Positions 62,531 to 64,000 of a stretch of DNA of 64,000 nucleotides are shown here, piece after piece. The stretch is from Glycera tridactyla (lineage: Eukaryota), in the NCBI GenBank assembly GCA_965644265.1, contig OZ286465.1, forward strand, positions 21,824,001-21,888,000, read 5' to 3'. The notes beneath the pieces are model-generated. The model saw only the letters and a list, made by a program, of their open reading frames with translations, did no database searches and was not told the origin of the DNA. Position numbers and translations under genes: made by a program. Positions within the stretch are counted from its first letter, which is position 1, and each line of letters begins with the position of its first letter.

Positions 62531-64000
62531 TTCCACCCACCCACACACACACTCACCCATCCATCCTTCCATTCTACCACCCACCCACCCATCCATCAAC
62601 ACACTCACCCATCCGTTCATCCGTCCATCCTACCGCCCACCAACCCATCCATCCTTCCACCCATACACTCACCCATCCATTCATGCATCCATCCTACCAC
62701 CCATGAACCCACCCATTCATCCTTCAACCCGTCCACCCATTCACCTATCCATCCACCCACCCAAACAGTCACCCATCAATTCATCCTACCACCCATAGAT
62801 CCACCTGCCCACCTATCCACTCATTGATCGATTGATCGATCGATTGATTCACCCATTCATTCGTCCATCCATTCAAGCTTTCCGCGCGCCACATCGAATA
62901 GATATCGTCGTCGTCGTCGTCGCTGCCGCCGCCGTCGTCATCATCATCAACTTCATTTTCCACTGTTTCCACCAATTTTCCATTTTCTTGTCAATTGCAA
63001 TATTTTTCATTTATATCAATCTGACTTTATCAACAATGATGGGAATGTGGTGATATATTTCATTATTACTCAGCGTTATTTTTAGTGTTCACTGTTCACA
63101 TTAAAACCTGTCTGTCTGACAAGATAAATATATGTTTTATGGGTCATTTTACCTGCACATCATTATTCATTCATCATCAAACTCATCTCATTATTTTTGT
63201 TATCATGTATCGTTCACCAAATTGTATCGTAGTTAAACTTTGTATATATGTTATATTCGTGACCCTGAAAATGAACACCACCACCATCATCACCACCACC
63301 ATCAATACCACCACCACAGCCACTGTCACCACCAACAGGCAGGCATCACAATCACCACTGCCACCATAGGCACCATCAACACCACTACCACCACTGCCAC
63401 CATCAGCACAACCACAACCTCCACCACCAGACATCATCACAAATACCACCATCACCACCCTACCCCCAAAACCGCCACTGCCACCACCATCGTCAGCTGC
63501 ACCACCACCATGCAGGTACCATCATCACCACAGCCACCATTCTATCTCTCCTGTCTTCCCCCTCTCTCTCCTCTCTCACTCCCTCCCTCTCCTGACTCTC
63601 TCCCTCCCTCCCTCCCTCCCTCCCTCCTCTCTCACTCCCTCCCTCTCACTCCCCCTCTCCCTTTCTCCATCTCTCTCCTGTCTCTCCCTATCTCTCCCCT
63701 CCCCACCCTCTCTCTCTCACTCCTCTCCCCTCCCTCCCTCCCTCCCTCCCCTCTCTGTCTGTCTGTCTGTCCGTGCGTCTGTCTGTCTGTCTGTCGCTCA
63801 GGCCGCTACAGCACTCTTGAGACAAACTTTGCCATGGCCAAGTCACCCTGCATGGTGGACCATCACCACGACCACCACGACCACCACCGTGACCACCACA
63901 TCCACCGCGACCACCACATCCACGCCACCAGTGACCACCACCACCACCACCACCACCACCGTGACACCACATCCACCCTGACCAACACCACCGTGACCAC
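62530..64000. repeat. Low-complexity block: (CCAT/ACCC)n, (CAC)n, CT-rich and (CTGT)n tracts
   Basis: Direct reading. Confidence 0.9.

Overview
Animal genomic DNA (probably a marine invertebrate; taxon is inference) with spliceosomal introns and dense repeats. I could assemble three intron-containing genes with consistent splice phases: (1) the 3' five coding exons of cereblon (CRBN, +, 2492-7504); (2) a Myb/SANT-like gene (+, core exons 29373-31787, tentative first exon 15719-15742); (3) a ~894-aa protein with a C-terminal MYND zinc finger and an N-terminal region I do not recognise (-, 13 exons, 39105-59183). The centrepiece is a young, near-intact ~6.96-kb tyrosine-recombinase retrotransposon of Ngaro type (-, 16551-23510): gag, RT/RNase H and YR, with split direct repeats A1-ORFs-B1-A2-B2. 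It has split a CR1-group LINE, and the same 3-bp core (CGA on +) occurs at both ends and at the internal B1/A2 junction. Its pol and YR frames have no usable ATG, and gag, pol and YR are each preceded by a phase-1 splice acceptor, which suggests expression by alternative splicing. The window also holds several CAG-terminated MITE families with atypical 6-bp and 5-bp target duplications, a Helentron-like (HINE) element with a 170-bp tandem array, Harbinger, Tc1/pogo and hAT MITEs, SINE-like retroposons and mini/microsatellites. All comparisons were made by eye; no database search was run.
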